DNA from: Catajapyx aquilonaris
Taxonomy: Eukaryota
Assembly: GCA_000934665.2 (NCBI GenBank)
Contig: KZ538559.1
Span: forward strand, 1 to 62,088
Direction: 5' to 3'
Length of the DNA: 62,088 nt
The position numbers were made by a program, and so were the translations under genes. Numbering within the stretch: position 1 is the stretch's first letter; every line of letters begins with the position of its first letter. Below the pieces are notes generated by a model. It was not told the origin of the DNA. It made no database searches and was given only the letters and a program-made list of their open reading frames with translations. Shown piece by piece: positions 50,601 through 62,088 of the stretch.

Positions 50601-53600
50601 TGTACATAGATAAGCTGTGGAAAATCACACGCTGCCAGAATGGACTGTCCTAGATTTTTTTCTCTCTCGGACGATCGTTGTATACATGCCCTATTGAGCA
50701 CGCTAAATATATTGCCCCAGATATTATTTTAGGGCATGTCGTGGTTATCGACAATCTTATTACTCATGCTGTAGAGTGGTGGTTAAATTAATTTGAAAAA
50801 TGCATACATGGTCTTCCGCTTGCTGCAAAATTTAACAATTCAGCAACCATGAATTTGTACAAGTTGCATCGCCGCCCCACCATAAATGAATGAATACTCC
50901 AGGCTGGAAAACATGGGTTTACAATCAGTAAATTAACGCACTAGCCGGTTGCACTACATCTTTCATGCGGTACATGTCCGCCCTCAGTGTTCGCACAAAA
51001 AAGAGAGAAAGGGCCGACAATGCTCTCTGGGAGTGTGTGTTCAGTACTATCAAAAGGACACGACCAGGAGGATTTTGGTCCACGAGATCACGGCTGGGAT
51101 CAAGGGGATTTCCACATATAGGAGGACCAGAAATGAAAGCTTTTGATGACAAAATAACTGTCTGGCCCCCAACAGTTATGAATTCTACTTGCGGCTGATG
51201 TGTGTCCCCTGTGATGCGTATTCATTCCTTTCACAAAATGCAGCCGTTTGATTTGGCTTCTGTACCGAGCGAATACAACTATTCGAATTGGAAGGGAGAC
51301 TAATGCACCTAGACGTAATTATACCATGAGCTGGCCGGACACTCCCGATTGGCCAGTTTGAACACGCCCCTGGAACTTTGGGGAATTAATTACTTTAGGC
51401 TGCTTTTCCCAGGCACTCCCTCCGGTAAACAAGAAATTCCGCTGGTGAAATTACTTTCTGTAAATAGGGCTGCAATATATGTGATGCAGTGTGGTTGTTG
51501 CTATAAAGCTGCTGGGATTATGAGCGATTGTGTTACGTTAAGAAGATTGCAGAGATTCATTGGAAGTAATATGAAGTTCCACATTGATAACATTCATGTT
51601 TTTGTGCAAGTGGATTAATAAACACATTCGGCTGAGTTGATATTTCATTTGTGAAAAAAATAGTTGAATAAAATATGGTTCCCAATTTGGACAGCGGATA
51701 TGAAACTGCATATGCATATAAGATAAAATTGCACTGGAATTAATTTGTGATTACACAGCAAATAGGTCAATGAACGCTGCAGTTCAATTAAACTGTAACA
51801 ACTTTTTTACACTTTAGCACTATCCAAACAGATATACAGTATGTTATGTACACTTCCTTCCGCGCTGTTCAACAATAACCATGTTATGACTCATACTATA
51901 TGCTTTAAACTGTCAGCAAAATTTTGATTCCTGGCAGGCAAACATTGTTTGTCGCGATTAACTTCTTGATTAAGTTTGACACATGTCACGCCCGCTTTGG
52001 CAAGAATTGACGCTATCATAATCCAAACCGTGCACTGAGCAATGTAATGCTGGTGTTGTATAACCATGTCTTTTAGAGGTTAGACGACTTCTTGGAAAAA
52101 ACTTTGATTCCGTGGTCGCCTGTTCGATCAATAGTCGCTGTGTGTAGCCTTTCTTAAAGTTGGATTGCAAAATGTTTAAAACAATTATTGCGGTTTGCTC
52201 TATGTACAAATGAGACGCCCACACTCCTACAGGGGGAAAAAACACCTACACCTATATTGCTGGAAGAGAGGCGAACCTATAAGACCCAATCTGGTGCAGT
52301 AAAGCGTCGAAGCTTTAAAGCTTATCAGCCAAATACTGTTATCGTGCCCACAGTGTGAAAAGCACAGCACTTACTTCCAGCCCGATTCACTTAATGACGT
52401 ATAATTCCCCAGGAACGAAGCGAAATTGCGAAATCCGGACCCCCTCCAGCAGGCCACAGGCTCCTAACCCCCCTCCCCCCATCCCTCCCCATCGAAAATG
52501 CTTGCAGGTAACAGGCACTGCAAGACATGTAATAATATTACCTCCCCTAGCAGACTGTTCGACATGCAAAAGCTCCTTTTCAAATGTCTTTCATATTGTG
52601 TAAGAAGATGGGGGGGATCTCACGTCTCCCCAGAAAACAATTAATCAGAAAGGAATCTAATAGCATTAAGGGATCGGTTCTAAAGGAGAGTTGCGTACGT
52701 CCCTTTTCCTTGCTAATTCCGCAAGAAGAAGCAGCAATTCTCCTTCTTAGAGGAGTTTGTTTGCCTCCGGAGCAGACAGAAAGAAGAAGATTTTTTTTTG
52801 GAACAGGAATGAAGTTCGATCTTCTTGGAAACTTTATTACTCTGCGCCTAGGCTGATTAACTGTGGAGGTAGGCTTGTTTTTTTCTTCGCTAGATTTAGC
52901 AGGATATTGAGATCTTCTGAGTGAATGAGACTTGGGGGGTTGAAGGAGGGGAGAAAAGTTAAAGTTAAAAAAAAAAGTTCACAATTATCTGCACGAACTT
53001 CACTTTCTGAATGTGTCAGTAATTTCCTCCTGTTGCTCTCTACTTCCCGAGCTAATTGAAGATAAAAGTTTCGCAACTCCTGGTGGCTCACTCAATTTGT
53101 TCCTCGGTCCTACATTTTGGGAGCAACGATGCAATTTCCAGAGAGTGACTCGGTGAGACGCAATTCAGGAGGCTCGAGACAGGCTTCTTTAACATATACA
53201 AAAAAAAATCAAACGCAAGCCCAGAAGACTTGACATCCGAACCAGACCAATTTTAGAAAAAGAGGTAGATCTACATCCTATGATTGTGTTGTCTATTGCG
53301 GAAGACAGGAGTTTAAAAATGGTGTGCTTATAATGATTTAATCGATATTTTTTAAAGGGGAGAAATGATCCACATCTGGCCAAAATGAACTTCAGGTTCA
53401 GTGTTTATGTTGTTAGCTCCTCGTTAGAAATCAATATTGGTTAGGTCTTCTACATAATAATAGGCAGCTGGTTCCAGCCCAGATGATAATATAAGGCTCT
53501 AACGGCTGCTTATGCGTAGAGTTGTGCATATCTAGGCCAAACTGTAAATTATCAGTGTCTGGGTCAGTACTATTATTCTACTGTATTTTGTACTCAGCTC

Positions 53601-54247
53601 GGCCTTGCCGTCTAATGCACGTACATGCACTGTACATGCACTGTACAAATATTACAACGGAGATTCTGCAAGTAGGTCGCACTCCTTTCAAAATACATTG
53701 CTAGTATAGATAATAATTACATGCATTAATGCAATGAAGAACATTAATTTCTGAGCTGCATATGACCTCCATACTTCATGAGTCATTTGCACAATGGATG
53801 GGCAGTAATGCATTTTCAAACTGCATCCGATTTTGCTTTTTTTAAACTTAAGTGTACAGAGCGTAGTACCCTAAAGTCGTTTCAATTCTTGTCGGTGATT
53901 TCGCAATACTGATGTTTCAGATGATAGCCTAAGTTCCGTGTCGCTTTGAAGGTCAGAGTGCAGAAGCAACTGTCAAAGCCTATTTTCAAAAAAAATTGTA
54001 TCGCCATTATTGCCATTTCCTTTCTAATTTACACTGATGAGGAAATTAAAATGTGATATGAAATTATTCCCATATTTGTGGCAAAATGGCCAATTGCGCT
54101 TCTACCATTCAAAATATGAGATGAGTGGCGTACCTTTTTCGACAGACACGTAATGGACACGCTAAATAAAATACAGTCCATTCTGATCAAAGGTTTGGCT
54201 TTTATAAATACGGCATATAATGTTTACAATGTCATTACCCTACAGTC

Positions 54248-54271
54248 CCTTCATTACTGCAGTAATGAAGG
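54248..54271. repeat. Perfect 24-bp palindrome CCTTCATTACTGCAGTAATGAAGG
   Basis: 12-bp arms with no spacer, read directly. Confidence 0.95.
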
Positions 54272-57100
54272 CGGGTTTTACTGTCACCTTTTTTTATGAC
54301 GCATGTCAGGTCACTTTCAGCAAGGGTATAGGGTGAACCAAAGTGCTGTAATGAGATACCGCTACATCTAGTACCTTTCAACTTTTGTAATGCGATATGC
54401 CCACCCAGCCCAGCATTATTTTTGAAGCACCTCAGGGTTAGCTGACCCTTCCAAAATTTTAACGCAGCTCTTTTTCACACACTATACACAGGAAGGCAGG
54501 AAATGTGAGCAATATATAGATTCTGCTATTCTTTTTGCTTTTTCTATTATTTTTTTTGTCAAATAAAACCCAGCACCCTCCAACTCAATATGTCAGATTT
54601 ATTGGAAAATGTGGTGAGTCAAGAGGGTGGTGAAACGTGTGTGCAACACAGTCACGTGTGCATATATTTGCATGAATATTATAGCTTCCAGGTCCTTTGG
54701 AAACAGGCCGAAAAGTTTCACATTTTAGTCTACTTTGCATACCACGACCGCGCAGTTCCGACATTGTACAAATGCTGCGGTTTCCGCAAAAAAGATTGCC
54801 TTTTCCCCCTTCCCTCTAGTTTCACTCCGATATACTCCGTTCTGTTGATTTGAGTTGCGCCAACTGCGTGTCCAATGACTCTACTGGAAAAGGACATATT
54901 TTGCAGGATAAAGTTCCTGAAAAGACCTGGACATATTCTTCAGATGTTTAGACTTTCATTTGAGATTCGGTCCAAAGATGCTGAAAAGAGCATGTTTTTG
55001 CTTTAGGTGTATTCATCCCCTTTCTTCGCATACACTTGAAAAGGAGGATTCTTTGACAAGCTTTATAGCCCCAGAGGCTTATTAAATTGGGCCCCAATTT
55101 TCGGAACAGGATTATTGTATACAAACATGGGTAGCTTTCCGAATGGGGAGACGTAGCGAGATGATTTTATTATGTGGTTTTGGGCACACCTGGTCGTGTC
55201 GATAAAAGGGACCAGGGGAATCCCCGCAACTCAAACAGCAGAAGACAAATGGAACTTATTTGCTTTCCAAGTCCCCCCCGCAAGGCGTCGATTTGTTTTC
55301 GTTCGTGAAAAAGACTCGAGGTTTTCTTACCGCCTTGTTAATTGAGCCTGTACCTATGGCACTCTGAAATCCTGCAAATGTGCACATCAGGAAGCGTAAT
55401 CAACAGCAAGTAGCGGTTTTCGATGCTTGTTTTAGTGCGAAAACTAACCCTTTAGCAGCTGCAATAGGTTTTGTGCGAAAAGGCAAGGAGAAGAGCTGTA
55501 AATGCCGGGGGTTAGAAGTCCCTCGAGGCGCCACTTGGCCTAATCCGCACTTCTTATTGCCACATTTCCTTCAAGGAGCCGGAAGCCTCCAGACAATGTG
55601 ATTATATCGCCCTCTTGGCCCAGGGAAAATCGGGGAATTATTGCCCCACCCTAACAATGCCACAGAATAAGCTTGTGAAACGAAATACCGCCGGGATGAT
55701 AATTCAACAGGAATAATTTATCATAAAGGAGCGCACACAAAACAGTACAGGCCGCATATAAAACCTTTTTAATCAAGGTGACGTGTAATCTGAGGGCATT
55801 AAAATGTACAGCTCTAATCAGGTTCTAGTGCAAGCAATGTTTTAAAGTGTTCGTATAAAAGATAATCTCAGTTCTTGTAGTTGCCGCTACATAAATTTTG
55901 GCAAGCCAGGTCCTGACCAATAAGGGGGGCAATAATTACCTTCCATATAGGTTGGAACCGACTTGTGAAATTGAACTCTTCGGTTCTATACCCGGGGATT
56001 ATCCACCACGCATCACAGGTTGCCAAACAATTGCGGGTGGATTTAAAGGGACTTTTTGTGCCTTTCAAAGGCTCGCGTAACACGCCATCCGCCTGTCAAA
56101 GGCTAGCTTAGTTTGATCAGTAACATGAGGAAAATTCCGGGGGAATCCCCTTTATGACCACCAGAGAACTCATGCGGCAGCAGTGCAAACTTCTGATAAT
56201 GTTTGCCTATTATGATATTTACGATCCTTGCAGACGGGACGTTCCAATAAAACTTTCCCATAGCTATATACATCCCTCAATAAATTTGGGCTCGTTTAAT
56301 ACGTCATTAATTTGATTCCCATTCCCCTGGCTGATGGGTCGCAATTATAAACCTTGCCATATATATACGGTGCTGCCTAATGATATTTGTGTCCACAAAA
56401 AAATGGCGAAATAACACCATTCATCATTCATTCATTTCGTCGCGGCATAGGTAGTTGCAAATTAAGCCTTCAACTTTTCTGAGCGTCTGGTAAACATTCG
56501 AGTTGAAAATTTCTGCATTTTCCAGCTAGCAGAGTCGCATAGCAGGGCTCCAGAGCCCTGGAAAATGTCGCCGCATGTTGTATAAAGAGTTATAGCCGCG
56601 GGGCAGTAATAACGTGGACGAAAAGGGAAAATGGGAGAAATGTGAGAAATGGACGCCATAAAAGTCGGACGGATACAACTTTTTCCCTACAAGTGCTTTG
56701 CAGGACGGAAAAGAGCTTTCACCCGTGTTATTAGCTCGAAATCAGCACTACTTGCATCGTGATAAATATCCTCCAGTCGACGTTGAGAAAAGGACGAAAA
56801 ATGGCCAAGTGAGACAGCTCACAAAAGGAGCAACAATGTGACACCAACGCCAACGGCACAAAAAAAAATCGCCTCCGTCTGCCCGAATTCTCTGATAGCT
56901 TTTAATAGCACGTGAATGCGGTACACATTTCCTACTTTTATCACACAGCTTCGGCCCGTTTACTGTCCGCCGAAAAAGCTCCTAAAGATTTATCCCGACC
57001 GTCCTCCCCTGCAATGACTTCTAATTGACAAAAATAATAAAATTGCAACGGGTGCTAAAAATGTCGTTCCAGGCACCGAAACCGGTTGGTTTCTATCGGC

Positions 57101-57169
57101 ACTTACTTGATGAGAATCGCCATCGTCTCAACGTTCAGCTTACCTGCAAGAAAAGAAAGAATAGGTTAG
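57101..57169 (-). promoter_or_regulatory. Putative recursive splice site (ratchet point) with a 37-nt cryptic exon
   Basis: Minus strand reads CTAAC-CTATTCTTTCTTTTCTTGCAG|GTAAGC with the junction at 57144/57143, then a second donor CAA|GTAAGT at 57106. Same strand as the dpr gene. Confidence 0.7.
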
Positions 57170-60100
57170 AACTCATGCTATATAATCATGTATCAGAGAT
57201 ATATTATTATGGAGCCGTTACGCGATCAACACAACAATGCCCTTTAAAGAGTCTAACGAGCATTATCAGTCCGGGCTCATCCAGCTGGAGAGAGAGTCAT
57301 TTCAGCATCAAATTCTATTGCCGTGCCGGAACAAATTTAGATAACGTAACGACAAAAGAGTACGGTAGCAGACGTTTAATGATTCATTCCGGCCGCTAAT
57401 TGGCTCATACTCGAAAACATCTGAATGCCTCCCTCCAAATAGACGCTCAAATTCTCATTACCAAAAGCATGGGTTGGCTATTAAACAAAACGTGACGCTG
57501 CCAGCAGCATCGCTGCGGTGTGAAGCTCATATAGCAGGAACCCCCCCACTCTCATTTTATAAGCAGATAATTATTGGCACAATTAATTTGCTGTAATGCC
57601 GCGTCACTTGATTTACAAATTGAACGCCCCCATTTGACAACCAGTAATCGACCGGACGCACTTAATAATTAAAATATTGGCCATAAGGTAAAAGCTTCAG
57701 ATCATAGCAGTGGCGTCTAAAATATTTTGCAGTGCTAATGTAATCTAGCAGTTTTTTATCACTAGTGCGCACGTTGTTGAACATGTCATCAGCATTTATC
57801 CTGGGCCAGTATCATACTTGACACGTTGGGAGAGCAGGTCCAATTAAAAGGGATTTTTTTCGGACATTACGCTGGGAAAATCTGGCCCAAGTGCACTACC
57901 GGTACGAACATTGTAACGCAAAAAAAAATATCAATTTACATCCGTCAGCGTCCGTCGTCGTGTTTTAAAAAAGGTCACTTTTTGGTTGCAGCAATGCGTT
58001 ACAATACTCATTTTTGCGAACAAAAGCTGCAGTCATTTGTGTACGGCCGCCTTAGGTGCTGATCATCACTCACTTTTGCGTGACTTGCCACAATAAGTCC
58101 GAAACAAATTACTGAAGCGCTGATTTCTCTTGCTCGCGGATTCCGGCTAGCTCGCGCTTGCTTAAAAAAACTGCGAGTTTTTTTAGAGCGGTTTGTAAGC
58201 GAGAAAAGACATGGAGTCGGCCACTAATTTGCACCCTAATGGCTGTAGAAACTGATCCGATTGACAGGTTTCATCCCATCAACCAGCCTGGTCCCGCCTT
58301 CACAGATGGTTGTCTCATCTCATGATTCACAACCTTATGACTTGAATTGCCACACTGTGATTTGGAGTCCCTTTAAAAAATATTTCTGAATGGTTCGTCA
58401 AGTAAAGAGTAGCCTAACACATTTTGGCCACTGGTCAGCTTCCCCCCTAATCTCCCTCCCCCACCTCCAGAGCTGACCACATTATCAAGCCCGCCAATCC
58501 CACCACATACACCACCAAACATATTCCCATACACATCGATAATAGCTTGGGTGATATTGTGCCAGTTGGGTGGGCTCTGCCGCAAAATCCGGGGCACCAT
58601 TAAAGCGGCGATGGTATCCAGTGGACCGAAAAACCTACCCATGGGACCCAGGGAAACACACACACATAAAGCTGTGTATTCGGTTCTGGTAAGAAAAAGG
58701 AGTAATAACATCTTCCGCCTGATTATCCGGAGTAGAGTGGATTAAATCCAGTTGGGCGACGGGGAAAAATGAAACGCAAGATGCAATTAGGGGAGGGTTG
58801 GAAGGTTGTTGGGGGAGGGAGGGGGGAGGTAGAAGAATATAAGGGACCTAGAGACTTCGGGAGTCCCAAAGCCACTTTTGTTGGGACTGCTGCTGTTTAC
58901 TCTGATTCGAGTGGGAGATTTGGAAAAAAGGCTGGTCAAGTCCCTTGGGGGTGACCCATTGATTGGCCCAATATCAGTTCGTGTGTTGGGGGTGGGGGGC
59001 AAAGGGACGGGGGGTCAGGTCATTGATCTGGGAGATGTGGGGTTGGATTATATGAGCAACTGTCATAACATAGGGTGAGGCAACGCTGGATTGAACAGTA
59101 TTGGAATATTGTCTGCTTATTTGGAGTACTAACAGACCTTAATAGCAAATTGGCCATGGAACATTTAATTTAATAATAGTGTGTTGCGAAATGGCTGGTT
59201 GCACTATTTTGCGCGTTAATAATTCAGCAGGTTTATCTGAAAATATTAAGGCATGAATGGGCTTGGAACAATTAATGCATTAGCAGCTAATATTTTTACA
59301 ATTGAAAAGTAACTGGTTAGAAATCAGCTGACGTGGAACACACTGATTAATGCAAAGGTCGGTTAATAATTACGAGAACAACGCATTAATTTTAAATGCA
59401 AGCAACCGGGATCGAACTAACAACTGGTGGTAACCGATACGATTACTTGACCGACCGAGCAAGTTGGCAATCAATAAACAATGCAATGTTGCCTCACTAT
59501 ATACACCCCCATCAGGCGAATATTTGCTCCAAAATTCATCAGTATGGAAACTTGACCAGTGTTTCCATCAATCTCCTCAATTCAATATGTATCACGCTAA
59601 TGAACCTGTGTGTAGTTATTAAATTGCATACCGTTCTGTAACTACCCCAATTAAAATTCCAATGTTGAGCCTAATGAAGTACGAATATTATTCATTCATT
59701 TTTCCCAAGCTATGAAACCAGGACCATTCCGCCTCGAGCTGCCCTCACCAAAAAAAAGTTCCGGACTCAAATTTTTTGGGGAACACCCGGAATAATAATA
59801 AAAAAAGTTGGTACCTTCCCCCTTTTGCTTTACCCGCTAATGTGTAACCAGTCTGCCGTTATACCCGCCGATTTTGAAGCCCGCACCCAGCAGCTCGCCA
59901 CAAAACTTAATTAGCTTGCAAGTTGGGCCAGGATGGACAGAGACCAAGTGTGTACATTGCTGCCGTGGGAAAGCCAGCTCCCGGGGCTGTTGTTTTAAAT
60001 TAACATCCATGGCTCAGGTTGGCCCGAGAGACACGGCCTTCAGCTAATGACAAACGTGTGCAGTATAATTTTCCTCCCAGCAGTTATCACGAATTAAAAC

Positions 60101-61396
60101 TGTTTCTTACACTGGCACAAAATAGGATCATTCAGCAGGACGTATCGAGCAAAATAATTGAAACTGGGAAGTTTTAGTGCCTAATTGGATCCTAACTTGT
60201 AGTGGTTAGGGAAAACCGAGTTTTAAACCCGGAGATTTAAGTGCAGGGGGGCCATTATGCATTGACTTAGCATATTTCATAAGAGCAATGGGAGCAAAAC
60301 ACCGGGGCTCCTCCCGAACGAGATTTTAAGTCCTGCTCGCAAATCCGGTTTTTGCAAAAAGGAGGAGCTGAGGGAGGATTTTCACTGCGCACTTCTTCCT
60401 GCCCAAATCCTGCAATCCAGTGGAGAGCAATAAAAAGAGGGGGGAGGAAATAGCATAAAGAAACGTTTTACAGCCGAATTAATCACGAAGACTGCAGGGC
60501 TCATTAAGTAGCAGAAGCCTATTGCCTGTAGGAACAAACCATAATCTCAGTATACCTACTGGAAAGTTAGTCAGGTGAAGTGATGGTTACTAGTTACACG
60601 TTGTGCGCACTTTTTCAATAAATTCAGAGGTGTGAGGATTAATGGAGGTAAGACTAAGGTTACTGTGTCACAGAGCAGGTGTCTCCTTGCGCATTGCAGA
60701 TACTGTGCGAAAAGCATTTGTTAAACTATTTTTTATAGACATACAGTGTAGGTACATTTAGAAAGAAAATGTGGCAGATAATTACTTTTCCAAGGAACAG
60801 AACTTGTCTACAGTCTACAGTGTAGCTGTATAGCTAGTAATTATTGTTGTGTAAGAACCATGACTATGATAATTTACCCTTTTTGCATTGAGTAACAGCA
60901 ACTGTATGAACTAACTGCAGGCCAGATGTACAGTACAAGCAGCTCCTCCAACTCTGCATAATTTGAAACACACCAAGATGGGTATAAAAAACTAGGTAAG
61001 GTATATATAGAGCAAAAACATAGCACATAATAGCATCTTTTTACCGCAGCCTGCAGCAAATGGGCTATTTTATAGCGGAGGCAAAACATTAGTCTCCACA
61101 AATATAGGCGCCTGGGCAATTAGGTACAATTAAAGAGACAAGTGTGCCCTGGCACAATTCGGCCAACAAGCAGACATGTTTCTCCCTGTTATTAGGCCGC
61201 CTACCAATTAAACGCACTAAAGTAGGCCCCGCACGGAAAAGTACAGAATGTGCAGATGTGAATTATTTCTGCTCCGCGTCGCATCTGCAGTATCGAGGGG
61301 GGGAAAGTGGTGCCCAAAATCTGCTGTTTACCCCACTAATCAGGCTCCGGATATCGAACGATCGAGGGTTATATAGGAGTAGGGGAGAGATTGGAT

Positions 61397-61416
61397 AGAG
61401 AGAGAGAGAGAGAGAG
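61397..61416. repeat. (AG)10 microsatellite
   Basis: Read directly. Confidence 0.9.
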
Positions 61417-62088
61417 GCTGCAGCACCAGCATAATGTGGTCTGGCGCAGGGGCAGAAGAGGGGCAATTGGCAATTGGCAAGATGTGTTTAATGTTCCATT
61501 CGAGCGTGCCTCTCTATACCCCTAGCGTTAAGAATAATTAGACATCATGTGACGTGGTGGTATGTTGTCCACTCTGGCCACAGGTTATATGGGCCTGCGG
61601 TGAGCCAGATTTCCAACCCTTAACCCGCAACACATGATACGTCTGCTTTAAAAGGTAGGTGGGAAAGTTCATAGAGGATTGATAAGTACCGCGAGGTGCA
61701 TTTTGCTCTAAGGGGCCTCGCAGGAGCCTTCAATTTCTTCCCGAGGTCTCCTGTGCATAATGAACGGAAAGTAATGCTCCCCATAGCTGTACTACCTTCT
61801 TAGTGTTACCTGCTGAAGGCGCCTATACCCAAAATGGAAATGTTGACTCCGACGAGACGATAAAAGGGTCGCGTGCGTTGCAAGGAAAAAGCAGGCTGTC
61901 TCATCTGGCTTCTTACGTTAGCCAAACAGAGAAATTGTGGGTACATCTAGGGTGGGCGATAAGAGCTGCGTGCTGTGTGTTGTAACTTCTACACTCAAAA
62001 AAAGGATATGGCTGTGAAAGCAAATAATTTTTATCAACCGCATTTTAGCTGTCCCAGATGCAAGTTCAGCTGGAGCAGGCATGTAGTT

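Noticed and set aside
60551..60575. TGACTAACTTTCCAGTAG|GTATAC as a second ratchet point
   Set aside because: The branch point is too close to the AG and the donor is weak.

Overview
This is eukaryotic (arthropod, most likely insect) genomic DNA, almost entirely intronic. The one confident gene is a Dpr-family (defective proboscis extension response) immunoglobulin cell-recognition gene on the minus strand, closest from memory to Drosophila dpr9. Two coding exons (22483..22305 and 9514..9304) splice in phase 0 across a 12.8-kb intron to form the N-terminal Ig1 domain. I found no Ig2 or GPI-anchor exons, so they presumably lie left of position 1. The signal-peptide exon is unresolved. Nearly all other ORF-track entries look like chance ORFs. 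The most interesting non-coding signal is a consensus recursive-splicing (ratchet point) site on the gene strand at 57144/57143: branch point, pyrimidine tract, CAG|GTAAG, then a 37-nt cryptic exon and a second GTAAGT donor. Other observations: a 79-bp tandem pair of cross-pairing AGATGGCG hairpins beside the exon acceptor, two competing candidate N-termini, a ~113-nt fold-back, a 46-bp Tc1/mariner-type MITE, a dispersed 31-bp minisatellite family, a 200-bp tandem duplication and several short palindromes. I see no prokaryotic operon, CRISPR array, tRNA or rRNA gene, and no intact transposase. The sequence alone does not establish a wholly new biological system.
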